Positions 37,141 through 47,272 of a stretch of 64,000 bases of DNA are shown piece after piece. The stretch lies in NCBI GenBank assembly GCA_965199855.1, contig OZ241326.1, forward strand, positions 1,600,001 through 1,664,000, read 5' to 3'. Under the pieces are notes generated by a model. The model did no database searches, had not been told where the DNA came from, and saw only the letters and a list, made by a program, of their open reading frames with translations. The stretch's first letter is position 1, and every line of letters starts with the position of its first letter. The stretch comes from a bacterium. GTDB taxonomy: Bacteria > UBA8248. The translations under genes were made by a program, and so were the position numbers.

Positions 37141-39747
37141 CTATGAAGACGCCGCAGGGCTTTGCGAGGCTGCGCCTTCACCCTTCGCGCTCAGGAACTG
37201 GATGGCGACCATGACGGCCATGACGAGCGCGCCCGTTATCTTCATCCACGGCACGTAGAAGAACAGCAGGCCGCCCGCTGCGGCGAATACGACGCGCTCC
37301 CACGTGAGAAGTTTTCTGCGCATGTAGCCCTCGAGCGACGCCGAGGTGCAGAAGAAGCCCATGAAGCCGCTCCCCCACACGACGATGATGTCGAACCACG
37401 ACGCGCCCGCGGTCATGTTGATGGGGGTGTAGGCCATCAGGAAGGGGACAATGTAGAGCGCCTTGCCCAGCTTGAGCGACGCGAAGCCGGTGCGCATGGG
37501 GTCTGCGCCCGCCACGCCCGCCGCGATGAACGCGCCAAGGGCGAAGGGCGGCGTCAGCGAGGCGTCCTGGCTCAGCCAGAGGATCATCAGGTGCGCGCTC
37601 AGAAGCGGCACGCCGAGTTCCACCAGGGCGGGAACGGCGAGGATCGAGAGCAGCACGTAGCTCGCCGTGATCGTCATGCCCATCCCCATGATGTAGCTGG
37701 CGACGGTGCACAGCAGAATCGCCACCGGAAGCGCCGTTCCCGTGATGCCGAGGGCGTTGTCGAGGATGGATGCGTAGCCCAGGATGATCGAGGAGAACTT
37801 GATGCCGAGGCCGGGCATCGATACGCCTGCGAGCACGATGCCCATCACGCCCGCCGTCACGCCGATGATGAGCGAGTTGACGGCTCCCCTCTCCAGCCCG
37901 TCCAGAACGCGGGGGGAGGAGAGCGCCGCCGCCGCGAGAGCCGACCAGAAAATCGACTCGAATATGGAGTGTCCCGCCATGGGCAAGACGATGAGCAGGC
38001 CCAGCCCGGCGAGCAGGGGCCAGTTCTCCATCAAGGGGTTTCCGGGCGGTTCGGCCTTCGCCTCTTCGAGGTAGGCGGCCGCCCGCGCGTCGGCTTCCTC
38101 ATGGCTCTTGCCGGATTCCATGAGTTCCTTGTGGCGTTTCGCGGCCCGGTATTCGAGCCTGTCGTTGCGCGCGCTCCATCCGGGCCGGCCCAGCAGGCGC
38201 GCGAGAACGGGCGGCAGGGCGAGCAGGCGGGTGTCCTCGCGGAAAAACCCCAGCGCCATCGCGAGGATGATGGACCACAGCGCGGCGTCGAAGGGCGAGC
38301 GTCCGATGATCAGCCGGAAGATGAGCAGCGCCACCGGCAGCAGCAGGTAGCCCTCTCTTTTCAGGAGAGGCAGGAGTTCGGGCAGCTCTTCTTTCGAGAG
38401 GCCGTGGATGCCGTCCAGCCCCGAGCGGAAATGAACCGACATATAGACGGAGAAGTAGTACATCAGCGCGGGCACGAGCGATATGAGCGCTATCCACCCG
38501 TAGTCCGTCTCGGTGAACGCCGCCACGAGGAACGCCGCCGAGCCCATGATGGGCGGAAGCAGGTGGCCGCCGATGGAGGAGACCGCCTCGACCGCGCCCG
38601 CGTAGTGGGGCTGGTAGCCCGCGCGCTTCATGAGGGGAATCGTAAAGGTTCCGGTGATGACGATGTTGGCCGCGCCGCTTCCCACCACCGAGCCCACCAT
38701 GCCGCTCGATACGACGGACGCCTTGGCCGCTCCGCCGCGCAGGCGGCCCACCAGCGCGTAGGACAGATCGATGAACACGTCGCCGACTTTCGTCTTTTCG
38801 AGAAAGACGCCGAAGAGGATGAACAGAAACACGTAGCTCGCATAGACGTTGGCGATGACGCCGAATATGCCCGACGTTCCGTAGATGAAGCTCACGACCT
38901 CGTTGTAGGAAAACCCTTTGTGCAGGAGTCGCCCCGGAAAATAATTGCCGTACATGGCGTAGTAGAAGAAGAATATCCCCAGCAGGGGAAGCACCCATCC
39001 CAGCACCCGGCGGCACATTTCGATCGAGACGATGATGGCGATCGTTCCCATGACGACGTCCGGCCAGAGCACGAGGCCCGCCCGGTCTCCCCGGTCGGCG
39101 AAGTTCATGATGTATTCCGCCGTGAAGACGACCACCCCCGCGCACAGGAGGAGGTCCGCGGCGGAGGGCCGCCTCCTCGGAGCGCCCGCGCGCGCCGGAT
39201 AGAAGATGAACGTCAGGATGGCGGTGAATACCACGTACAGGGGCAGATAGAAGTGGAACGCATAGATGGAGAGCCCCGGGAAGTGGAGCGTCTCCCATAT
39301 CGCCGAGAGGGATTTCTCCATCTCCGCCGTGAGAAGAGGCGAGAGGACATAGACGATGACCTCGCCGAAGCCCAGGCCGAAATCCACCGGCGCCTTGTTC
39401 GCGGCGCCGTAGAGAAAATATGAAGCGAACGCGAAGGAGGACAGCAGCGCCGTTGGCTTCGGCAGAACGCATAGGCCCGAGACGTAGAGCCAGATGAGGG
39501 CGTAGAGCCAAGCGTCCAGGGCGGGAAAATCCACTTCCTGCCATTCCCAGGCGATCTCGTAGGGGAGGTAGAGGCTGTATTTTCTTCCGGCGCAGAGAAT
39601 GACGTAGAGGAGGAGAAGGGCGGAGAGAAACAAAAAGACGGGGATGTTTTTTTTCTGGAGGCCGGGCTCGATATCCCGGCGGATGGCCGACTCCGGGGCG
39701 AAGATGAAGCGGGCCCACTCCCAGAGAAAATTAAAAAACTTCCCCAT
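37141..39747 (-). CDS. TAXI-type TRAP transporter fused permease
   Basis: Polytopic protein with FILFGVFL, GGAAKASVVSS, GTFTIPLMKRAGY, PPIMGSAAF and LTPP motifs. Confidence 0.92.
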   Translation of the reverse strand: MGKFFNFLWEWARFIFAPESAIRRDIEPGLQKKNIPVFLFLSALLLLYVILCAGRKYSLYLPYEIAWEWQEVDFPALDAWLYALIWLYVSGLCVLPKPTALLSSFAFASYFLYGAANKAPVDFGLGFGEVIVYVLSPLLTAEMEKSLSAIWETLHFPGLSIYAFHFYLPLYVVFTAILTFIFYPARAGAPRRRPSAADLLLCAGVVVFTAEYIMNFADRGDRAGLVLWPDVVMGTIAIIVSIEMCRRVLGWVLPLLGIFFFYYAMYGNYFPGRLLHKGFSYNEVVSFIYGTSGIFGVIANVYASYVFLFILFGVFLEKTKVGDVFIDLSYALVGRLRGGAAKASVVSSGMVGSVVGSGAANIVITGTFTIPLMKRAGYQPHYAGAVEAVSSIGGHLLPPIMGSAAFLVAAFTETDYGWIALISLVPALMYYFSVYMSVHFRSGLDGIHGLSKEELPELLPLLKREGYLLLPVALLIFRLIIGRSPFDAALWSIILAMALGFFREDTRLLALPPVLARLLGRPGWSARNDRLEYRAAKRHKELMESGKSHEEADARAAAYLEEAKAEPPGNPLMENWPLLAGLGLLIVLPMAGHSIFESIFWSALAAAALSSPRVLDGLERGAVNSLIIGVTAGVMGIVLAGVSMPGLGIKFSSIILGYASILDNALGITGTALPVAILLCTVASYIMGMGMTITASYVLLSILAVPALVELGVPLLSAHLMILWLSQDASLTPPFALGAFIAAGVAGADPMRTGFASLKLGKALYIVPFLMAYTPINMTAGASWFDIIVVWGSGFMGFFCTSASLEGYMRRKLLTWERVVFAAAGGLLFFYVPWMKITGALVMAVMVAIQFLSAKGEGAASQSPAASS

Positions 39748-39848
39748 CGCCGCCCTTTTTCACCCGAGGCCGCTGATGCCCGCTTTCCCCGGACGCGCCC
39801 CCCGGCGGGCGGCGCGCCCGCCGGAGGAGCGGAAGAATCCGGGAAGGT

Positions 39849-40844
39849 CTAGTTGGCCTTGTAGCCCTTCGCCTTCCAGTAGCGCGCGGCGCCGGGGTGG
39901 AGCTTCATGTTGAAGCTGCCCATCTGCCTGATGAACGCATCCGACTTCGAGGCGAAGTCCAGCCCGATCTTCCAGCCCTTGAATACGTTGATCAAGAAGT
40001 CGCGGTTCGCCTTGTCGTACACCCGCCGCGTCACCTCGTAGATGACGTCGGCGGGAACCTTCTCGTTCGCCACGGCGAAGATGGTGTAGGCGACCGTCTT
40101 GAACTTCTGTCCCTTCATCCCCTGGTAGGGGCTGGCGTCCTTGTTGTCCTTGTAGTAGCCCGAACTCAGGGCGACGAACTTGTCGCGCACGTTGTCGGGA
40201 ATGCTCAGGATGCGGAGCGGGCCGCTGCGCGAGGCGCGCAGAATCGAGGGCGAGGGCACCGGGTTCGGAATGCCGAAGGCGTCGATCTTGCCGTCGATCA
40301 TGTTGGTGGCGGCGGCGGCCCAGCCCAGGTAGTCCTTGCGTATCTTCTCGGTGATGCCGAGGTTGTCGGTGATGAACTTCATCATGAACAGCGTGGAGCT
40401 TCCTCTCGGGCCCATGTTCACCCGCTTGCCGGCGAGGTCGCTGTAGCTCTTGATGCCGGACTTGTGGAACGTCGCCACCTGGAACCAGGAGGTCGATACG
40501 GGCCCGATTCCCCGGATGGTCTTCATCGCCTTGCCCTTGTGGAAGGGCTTTTGCCTGCGCTGGATGAAGTCGACGAAAATCCCGTTCGTCATCCCGATCT
40601 CGGAGCGGCCGCTGGCGACGAGGCGGGTGTTGGCGACGAAGCCCTTCGACTCGCGGTTGGTGACGTTGACGGTCTTGCTCGTCTTGTTCACCGCCTCGGC
40701 GAGGCCCGCCGCCATGCGGAACGCGCCTGCGCCCTTGCCCGCGCCGACGATGGTGATGTTGGTGGCGGCGCTCGCCAGGGAAGCGGCGAAGCCCGCCGAG
40801 GCGACAACGGCAGCTGTTGCGAGCAATCTCTTCTGAATGCGCAT
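39849..40844 (-). CDS. TAXI-family TRAP solute-binding protein
   Basis: Signal peptide; ESKGFVAN, DLAGKRVNMG and LHPGAARYW motifs. Confidence 0.9.
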   Translation of the reverse strand: MRIQKRLLATAAVVASAGFAASLASAATNITIVGAGKGAGAFRMAAGLAEAVNKTSKTVNVTNRESKGFVANTRLVASGRSEIGMTNGIFVDFIQRRQKPFHKGKAMKTIRGIGPVSTSWFQVATFHKSGIKSYSDLAGKRVNMGPRGSSTLFMMKFITDNLGITEKIRKDYLGWAAAATNMIDGKIDAFGIPNPVPSPSILRASRSGPLRILSIPDNVRDKFVALSSGYYKDNKDASPYQGMKGQKFKTVAYTIFAVANEKVPADVIYEVTRRVYDKANRDFLINVFKGWKIGLDFASKSDAFIRQMGSFNMKLHPGAARYWKAKGYKAN

Positions 40845-41034
40845 GGATTCACCTCCGTAGTAAGAATGGGGTTTGCTCTATTCGGAATGATTCTATCCGA
40901 TCAAGACGCTTTCGCAAGCGGCGTTCGGCCCGGTTCGCGCTTTTTCCCTGGAAATCTTGACTCCCGGAAGCCTGAGTGCTAGCTGGTGCGCATCTTGCCG
41001 GTTTTCCCGCGAAAACGCGCCGCGCGCATTCTGA

Positions 41035-42258
41035 GTGGAGATTGTCTTGTCCCGCCTTCTGGAACACGACTCTTTGACGTTGCTGAGCCGGGGCGGCGTT
41101 CCCGCGCCGAAATTCGAGGTTTGCGCGAGCGCGGAGGACGCCGCCCGCGCTCTGACGCGCCTGGGCGGACGCGCCGTCATCAAGGCGCTCGTGCCGGTCG
41201 GGAAGCGGGGCAGGGCGGGCGCGGTGAAGGTCGCCGCCTCGGAGGAGGAGGCCCGCGCGCGCGCCGGGGAGATTCTCGGCATGGAGGTGAGGCGCTTTCC
41301 CGTCCGGCGCCTCATCGTGATGGAGGCGCTCGACATCCGGCGCGAGATTTTCTGCTCCATCTCCTTCGACGCGCGCCGGAAATGCCCGCTCATCCTCTTC
41401 AGCGCCGAGGGGGGCGTGGACGTCGAGGAGCTGGCGCTCGACCACCCCGACAAGCTCCTGGAATGGCCCGTGAACATTCTGGAGGGACTGAAGGCCGCCG
41501 CCGCCCTTGCGCTGGCGCGGCGCGCGGGGCTTTCGGGCGGCCTGGCCGAGCGGGTCGGCGGCGCGCTCTCCGCGATGTATCGGGTGTTCTGCGAGCATGA
41601 CTGCGAGATGATAGAGGTGAACCCCCTGGCGGAACTAGTCGACGGCCGCGTGGCGGCGGCCGCGGGCGTCGTGCGACTTGATGAGCAGGCGCTTTTCCGC
41701 CACCCGGAGCTGGCGGCCAAACTGGGCATTGAAGGAGGAAACGGCTGGCGGCCCCTGACGCCGCTCGAGGCGCGGATGCGCGAGATCGACGCCATCGACC
41801 CCCACGTGGGCGCGATTCGCTTCAGCGAGCTCGACGGCGACATCGGCTTCATGGTCACGGGCGGCGGCTACGGCCTATCGAGTCTGGAGGCGCTTTTGAG
41901 GCTGGGGGGAAAGCCGGCCACCACCTTCGACATCACGCCCGGGCGCTACGAGGAAAAGATGCGTGAGGCGGTCAAGGCGGTGCTCTCCATGCCCGGCCTC
42001 AAGGGTCTGGTGCTGGCGGGGAACGTGAGCAATTTCACGCGGGTGGACATAAAGACGGCGGGCGTGGTTCGCGCCTTGAAGGAAGCCGCTCTCGATTATG
42101 AAAAGTTCCCCGTCGTCGTACGCTACGCGGGCCCCGGGGTGGAGGAGGCGCGGCGGCTCATCGCGGAAGTTCCGGGCGTGGAGTGGCATGAGGACGAGGC
42201 GTCGATAGAGGACGTCATGGAGCGCATCGTCGCGCGCGTCCACGGAAAAACGGCGTGA
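41035..42258 (+). CDS. ADP-forming acid-CoA ligase beta subunit (succinyl-CoA synthetase beta / ATP-citrate lyase-like)
   Basis: ATP-grasp motifs LLEH, GKRGRAGAV, GGVDVE and EVNPL; C-terminal GGGYG and GNVSNFTRVD. Confidence 0.82.
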   Translation: MEIVLSRLLEHDSLTLLSRGGVPAPKFEVCASAEDAARALTRLGGRAVIKALVPVGKRGRAGAVKVAASEEEARARAGEILGMEVRRFPVRRLIVMEALDIRREIFCSISFDARRKCPLILFSAEGGVDVEELALDHPDKLLEWPVNILEGLKAAAALALARRAGLSGGLAERVGGALSAMYRVFCEHDCEMIEVNPLAELVDGRVAAAAGVVRLDEQALFRHPELAAKLGIEGGNGWRPLTPLEARMREIDAIDPHVGAIRFSELDGDIGFMVTGGGYGLSSLEALLRLGGKPATTFDITPGRYEEKMREAVKAVLSMPGLKGLVLAGNVSNFTRVDIKTAGVVRALKEAALDYEKFPVVVRYAGPGVEEARRLIAEVPGVEWHEDEASIEDVMERIVARVHGKTA

Positions 42259-42367
42259 GCGGTGGGGGAGGGTGGACCGGCGGCGAGCGTCGGGGCCTTT
42301 GCGGGCCGGGAGCTTCGGCGAATTCTCGCGCCTCCGGGTACTGGGCGGTTTTCAGGGGAGATGCGGA

Positions 42368-43270
42368 TTGAGCATTCTGCTGGACTCCGCGACCCGGGTG
42401 CTCGTCCAGGGAGCGACGGGCGCCGAGGCGCGGCGGCTTCTGCCCACCATGACGGCCTACGGAACCCGCGTGGTGGCGGGCGTCTCTCCGGGAAAAGGGG
42501 GCGCTTTTGTCGGCGGCGCGCCGATCTACGACACGGTGGCCGCCGCCCTGAGCGCTCACGAGGCCGACCTGTCCGTCCTCTTCGTGCCGGCGCGCTTCGT
42601 GAAGGCCGCCGCCCTGGAGGCCATCGAGGCGGGCGTGCCCGTCGTGCACGTTCTCGCGGAGGGCGTGCCGCATCACGACGCCTGCGTCCTGCTCGCGCGC
42701 GCGGCGGAGAAGGGCGCGTTCGTCATCGGCCCCAACAGCCAGGGCATGGTGAGCCCGGGCAAGGCGAAGCTGGGCGGCACGGGGGGCGAGGTGCCGGAAC
42801 TCATGTTCCGCCCCGGCCCCGTGGGCGTGGTGAGCCGAAGCGGGGGGATGGGCGCGGAAATATGCCTGTTTCTGACGCGGGCGGGAATCGGCCAGAGCAC
42901 CTACGTGGCCCTGGGGGGCGACCTGCTCATCGGCGCGGCCTTCGTCGAAATGCTCGCGCTGTTCGAGGAGGACCCCGATACGCGCGTCGTCGTCATGTTC
43001 GGGGAGCCGGGAACGGACAGGGAGGAGGCGGCGGCGCGCTTCATCGCCGGGGGCGGCTTCACCAAGCCCGTGGTGGCGATGGTTCCGGGCGAGTTCTGGG
43101 AAACCTCCCCCACGCCCGCCAGCGTGAGCCACACCGGCGCGCTCATCGAGCGAGGCCGGGGCGCGCCCTCCCTCAAGAAAAGGCTGCTGAGAGAGGCCGG
43201 CGTCTCGGTGGCGGAGAAGTTTTCCGAAATCGCGCCCCTCGTCCGGGAGGCTCTGGCGCGCGCGGGTTAG
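42368..43270 (+). CDS. ADP-forming acid-CoA ligase alpha subunit (SucD-like)
   Basis: From TTG 42368: SILLD..TRVLVQGATG, VAGVSPGKGG, IGPNSQG, SRSGG and phospho-His SHTGA. Confidence 0.85.
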   Translation: MSILLDSATRVLVQGATGAEARRLLPTMTAYGTRVVAGVSPGKGGAFVGGAPIYDTVAAALSAHEADLSVLFVPARFVKAAALEAIEAGVPVVHVLAEGVPHHDACVLLARAAEKGAFVIGPNSQGMVSPGKAKLGGTGGEVPELMFRPGPVGVVSRSGGMGAEICLFLTRAGIGQSTYVALGGDLLIGAAFVEMLALFEEDPDTRVVVMFGEPGTDREEAAARFIAGGGFTKPVVAMVPGEFWETSPTPASVSHTGALIERGRGAPSLKKRLLREAGVSVAEKFSEIAPLVREALARAG

Positions 43271-44025
43271 GGCGCCATCGTCGCCCCGCCGTTCACGTCG
43301 AGGGTCGCGCCGGTGATGTAGCCCGCCTCCCTGCTGCACAGAAAGACGACCGCCTGGGCGATCTCCTCGGGTTCCGCGAGCCTGCCCGCCGGGGACGTCT
43401 TCTCGATGTGCGCGATCCGTTCGGAGGTGCGGATGCCGAGCGTTCGCGGCGTCCGCGCGTTGGCCGGCGCCACGGCGTTGACGGTGACGCCGTGCGGCCC
43501 CAGCTCGCGCGCCGCCTGGCGGGTGAGGCCCAGCGCTCCCGCCTTGGCGGCCGCGTAGTGGGGCGGGTTGGGATTCACGCCGCTGCGCGCGGCCATGCTG
43601 GAGAGGGTGACGAAGCGCCCGTAGCCCGCCTCGACCATGAGGGGGGCTGCGGCCTTCAGAAGATAGAACATGGATTTGAGGTTCGAGTCCACCACGCCGT
43701 CCCAGGCCTCGACGGGGCAGTCGAGCAGGCTCACGTATCGCGGGAAGCCGCCCGCGCTGTGGACGAGAACGTCTATCTTCCCCGCCCGGCGATGGGCTTC
43801 CTCAACGGCCGCGCGGGTCGCCTCCCAGTCGGTGAGGTCGGCGACGACGGCGCGGGCGCGCCCCCCGCTTTCGCCGATGGACGCGGCGACCGCTTCGGCG
43901 CCTTCTCCGTCCAGATCCACGAGGGCGACCTCCGCCCCCTCGCGGGCGAGAATTCTCGCCGTGGCCTCGCCGATGCCGGTCGCCGCCCCCGTGACGACGG
44001 CGCTTTGTCCCTCGAAGCGGCTCAT
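43267..44025 (-). CDS. SDR family oxidoreductase
   Basis: TGAATGIG, YAAAK and VNAVAP motifs. Confidence 0.92.
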   Translation of the reverse strand: MSRFEGQSAVVTGAATGIGEATARILAREGAEVALVDLDGEGAEAVAASIGESGGRARAVVADLTDWEATRAAVEEAHRRAGKIDVLVHSAGGFPRYVSLLDCPVEAWDGVVDSNLKSMFYLLKAAAPLMVEAGYGRFVTLSSMAARSGVNPNPPHYAAAKAGALGLTRQAARELGPHGVTVNAVAPANARTPRTLGIRTSERIAHIEKTSPAGRLAEPEEIAQAVVFLCSREAGYITGATLDVNGGATMAP

Positions 44026-44199
44026 GCGCGGCTCCTCAGAAAAGCGGCGCGCGGCGATTCCGAATCGCCGCCGCGCTTCACGCGACAGGCGTCAGCCCCG
44101 CAAACGCCTCGCGGACGGCTTCCCCGCCGTTCTTTCTTGGGGAGCTCTTCTAACCATTTCATGGTTTCCTCCGTTCATTGCCCCTGATGTGACACCTCC

Positions 44200-44868
44200 T
44201 CACTTCCAAACGTCCTCCCTTGATTCCCAATGCGCCTTTACGGCGTCGAACCTGCCCATGCGGTCTCTGGTTTTCTCGATTTCCCGGGGGTAGAAAGCGA
44301 GCATTGCGTCGCAAAGCTGAAGCATCCATTCTTTGCGTGAATGCCCATGATTTATCTTGATATGGTTGGAATTCGCTATCTGAATCTGTCCCCACCCCAG
44401 CGCACCCACGGTCAGGCATTCCCAGTCTAGGTATTCGATGGGACAAAAAATGACTTCCGTCGCCCTCAGCCGGGTGTCGTCAATGGCGTATTTGACCATG
44501 ATGAGCGAAAAGACGTTTTTGTCCGACTCGTAAAACCTCGCCAATCGCTCTACGGAGGTGAGGTTCGGCATGTTGAACTTGGTATCCTCCCTGTGCGTTT
44601 TTACATCGACAACTGAATAAAAGCCCTCCCGGTCGGTGAAGGCGAGGTCAGCCATCGCCCTGCGCGCGAAGTCGTTCGAGTATTTGACGCATCAATCCCG
44701 TAAGAACGCATTGAATTTCTCCGAGATCAAGAACTCTATGGCGTCTCCGACTGCCCTCGTGTTGCGCGCGGTTTGAGAAGAGAGGAAATCCGGCGAGGCG
44801 TTGATGTGATCTCTGATTTTCCCGGCCGCTTCCAGATGATGCCCGTCATAGTAGAAAGACGATTTCAT
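44200..44868 (-). pseudogene. Putative type II restriction endonuclease with internal TGA
   Basis: ATG 44868 overlaps the methyltransferase stop (ATGA). The frame reads MKSSFYY...FLRD-TGA(44692-44694)-CVKYSNDFARRAMADLAF...VDVKT, a PD-(D/E)xK-like core. The region is AT-richer. Confidence 0.7.
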
Positions 44869-45863
44869 AATGAGAGTTTTTCTTGTTTAGGGGGCCGTGA
44901 TTTTTCTCCGGCCCGCTCAGCTCCGGAGTTTCTCTCCCGGAACACGCCGTCCGCGTATCCCTGAATCCTCGCGTCGGAGGCGGCCCGCTCCAGGCGCTTG
45001 AGCGCCCAGCAGCAGTATTCCTCGCTCAGCTCGACGCCGCAGAAGTTTCTGCCCAGCTTTTTGGCGACGGCGGCCGTCGTCCCGCTCCCCAGAAACGGAT
45101 CGAACACGAAATCGCCCTCGCGCGAACTGGCGAGAACGAGCTTCGCTATCAGTTTTTCGGGCTTCTGCGTCGGGTGGTCGGTGTTCTCCGGCATCGACCA
45201 GAAGGGGATGGTGATGTCCGTCCAGACGTTGGAGGGGCGCGTCAGGCGATAGTTTCCGCCCTTTTCCGCGCGCCAGTCCTTGGGGCGCCCGTTTTCCCGG
45301 TAGGGCGCGCGCACCTTGCGCTTGAGCTTCACGGCGTCCACGTTGAAGCAGTAATCATCCGACATCGTGCAGAACCAGACGTCCTCGGCGTTGTTCTTCC
45401 AGTTGGCTTTCGCCCCGCGCCCTTTTTCCCGTTCCCAGGTGATGCGGCTGCGAACGCGAAAATGCGCTTCGAGAACCGGCGCGATGAGGATGGAGGTTTT
45501 CCAGTCGGCGCAGGCGTAGACCGTAGCCGCGCGCTTGAGCGTCGGCAGGAGAAGCTCGACGACGCGCCGGAACCATGCCTGATACTCCGCCTTGTCCTTC
45601 TCCCCGAAGCGGCGGCCGTTGTAGTTTTTCGACAGATTGTAGGGTGGGTCGAGAACGAGCAGGTCGACGAACGCGCGGGGCAGCTTTCCGGCGACCTCGA
45701 GCGTGTCGCCGCAGATGATTTTGCCGCGAACGTCCGCGTCAGGCGCGAGTTTGTCGGCGTGAAGGATATTGGCCGAGAGGCGGGCGATTTCGTCCGCGCC
45801 GCAGGCGAGCGTTCGGTTTCTCGGCGCGCGTCGCTTCATGTCGGGCTTCGCTTCGCGGGTCAT
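44865..45863 (-). CDS. Site-specific DNA methyltransferase (N4-C/N6-A, beta-class motif order)
   Basis: DPPY precedes HPTQKPE and FDPFLGSGTT. Confidence 0.93.
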   Translation of the reverse strand: MTREAKPDMKRRAPRNRTLACGADEIARLSANILHADKLAPDADVRGKIICGDTLEVAGKLPRAFVDLLVLDPPYNLSKNYNGRRFGEKDKAEYQAWFRRVVELLLPTLKRAATVYACADWKTSILIAPVLEAHFRVRSRITWEREKGRGAKANWKNNAEDVWFCTMSDDYCFNVDAVKLKRKVRAPYRENGRPKDWRAEKGGNYRLTRPSNVWTDITIPFWSMPENTDHPTQKPEKLIAKLVLASSREGDFVFDPFLGSGTTAAVAKKLGRNFCGVELSEEYCCWALKRLERAASDARIQGYADGVFRERNSGAERAGEKSRPPKQEKLSL

Positions 45864-45941
45864 GGGGCGGGATGGCTCGTCTGCGGGCGAACTATGGGGC
45901 CGCGCCTCTCGGGCGGCCGCGGCCCCGGCGCGGCGGGAAGC

Positions 45942-47099
45942 CTACAGGATTCCCTCTCGGGTTTCGGCGAGCGCCATGTCCACAACGCGGCGCAGCGCCT
46001 CTTCCTCCGAATCGCCCTCCAGGCGGCGCAGGCGATAGAGATCGACCTGCCGGTCCGCGCCCGTGCCCTCCCGGATGATGGTCAGCGCGCGGAACATCTC
46101 CGCCTCGCAGCCAAGCGCGCGGGCGTCGGAGGCGAGCTTCTCGACGAGCTCGGCCGCGTAGTCGTTGATGTCCACCCGCCCGCTCCCGCTCGTGGTGTCG
46201 CCGAAGAAGGCGAGCACGCCGTAGCGCTGGGCGACCCAGCGGTTCTCCGCGATGAGCTCCGTGGGCGGTTCGGGCGGTAGCGCGCCCTCTCTGTCCTGGC
46301 GCATGAGCCACCGGACGAGCGCCCCGTAGAGGGCGGCGATGCTCACGGCGTCCTCGAGGCGCGGGCAGATGTCGCAGATGCGCATCTCCATCGTGGGGGC
46401 GGCGTGGGAGGGACGGACGTCCCACCAGAGTTCGCTTCCGTTCTCGATGAACTTCATGCGCTGGTAGCCGGCGACGAGGCTGTCGTATTCCTCGCGGGAG
46501 GCCATCGGCAGGGGGAGGCTCGTGCGCGGCAGCGCGCCGACCAGGTTCAGCCGCCAGGACTTGAAGCCGGTCTCGCGGCCCTCGTTGAAGGGCGAGGAGG
46601 TGGAAAGGGCGTGGAGCAGGGGGAGGTAGCGCCGGATGGCGGTCATCACCCGGATGCGCGCGTCGGGATCCGAGAAGCCCGCGTGAATGTGCATTCCGCC
46701 GACGAGCATTCGCCGCAGGGCCTCCTGGAACGTGGTGGCGAACCGCTCGTAGCGCTCCTTCGCGGTGGGCGCCTGCGCCCGCCACGCCGCGAAGGGATGG
46801 GTGGAGGAGCCGAGCACGGCGGCCCCGTGCGCCTCGGCCGCCTCGATGACGATGCGGCGGGTCTCGCGCAGCGCCGCGCGCAGCTCGGCCACCGACTCGC
46901 ACACCCGCGTGTTGGTCTCGATCTGCGAGCGCATGAACTCGGGCACGACCCGGTGCGGCCCGCGGTTGCTCTCGCAGTGTTCGAGAATGCCGGGCGCCGG
47001 GTCCGCGAGGAGATCGCGGGTGTCGGGGTCGATGAGAAAGAATTCCTCCTCCACCCCGAAAGTGATGGCGAGGTCTCCGTGGCCCGCATCGTCGGTCAT
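45942..47099 (-). CDS. Carboxylate-amine ligase (YbdK/GCS2 family)
   Basis: From ATG 47099: TFGVEEEF, QIETNT, GMHIH, SSPF, WWDVRP and EMRICD motifs. Confidence 0.92.
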   Translation of the reverse strand: MTDDAGHGDLAITFGVEEEFFLIDPDTRDLLADPAPGILEHCESNRGPHRVVPEFMRSQIETNTRVCESVAELRAALRETRRIVIEAAEAHGAAVLGSSTHPFAAWRAQAPTAKERYERFATTFQEALRRMLVGGMHIHAGFSDPDARIRVMTAIRRYLPLLHALSTSSPFNEGRETGFKSWRLNLVGALPRTSLPLPMASREEYDSLVAGYQRMKFIENGSELWWDVRPSHAAPTMEMRICDICPRLEDAVSIAALYGALVRWLMRQDREGALPPEPPTELIAENRWVAQRYGVLAFFGDTTSGSGRVDINDYAAELVEKLASDARALGCEAEMFRALTIIREGTGADRQVDLYRLRRLEGDSEEEALRRVVDMALAETREGIL

Positions 47100-47272
47100 C
47101 AGCGTCGCTCCTTCCATCCGGCCGGGCCCGGACGCCTCGCGGATTTCTCCGCCTCCGGCTGTCAACGGCGCGGACTCTCCCGCGGCGCTCGCTTCTCTCC
47201 TCGCCGCCTCCGCCTCATCCTCCGAGCATAGGCGAGTCGGGGCGTTTTGTAAAATTCGCCCCCCGTCCGCGC

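Noticed and set aside
44692-44697. TGA-TGC (possible UC selenocysteine motif) in the endonuclease gene
   Set aside because: There is no convincing SECIS hairpin downstream and the fold is not a redox one; a Trp nonsense mutation is more parsimonious.
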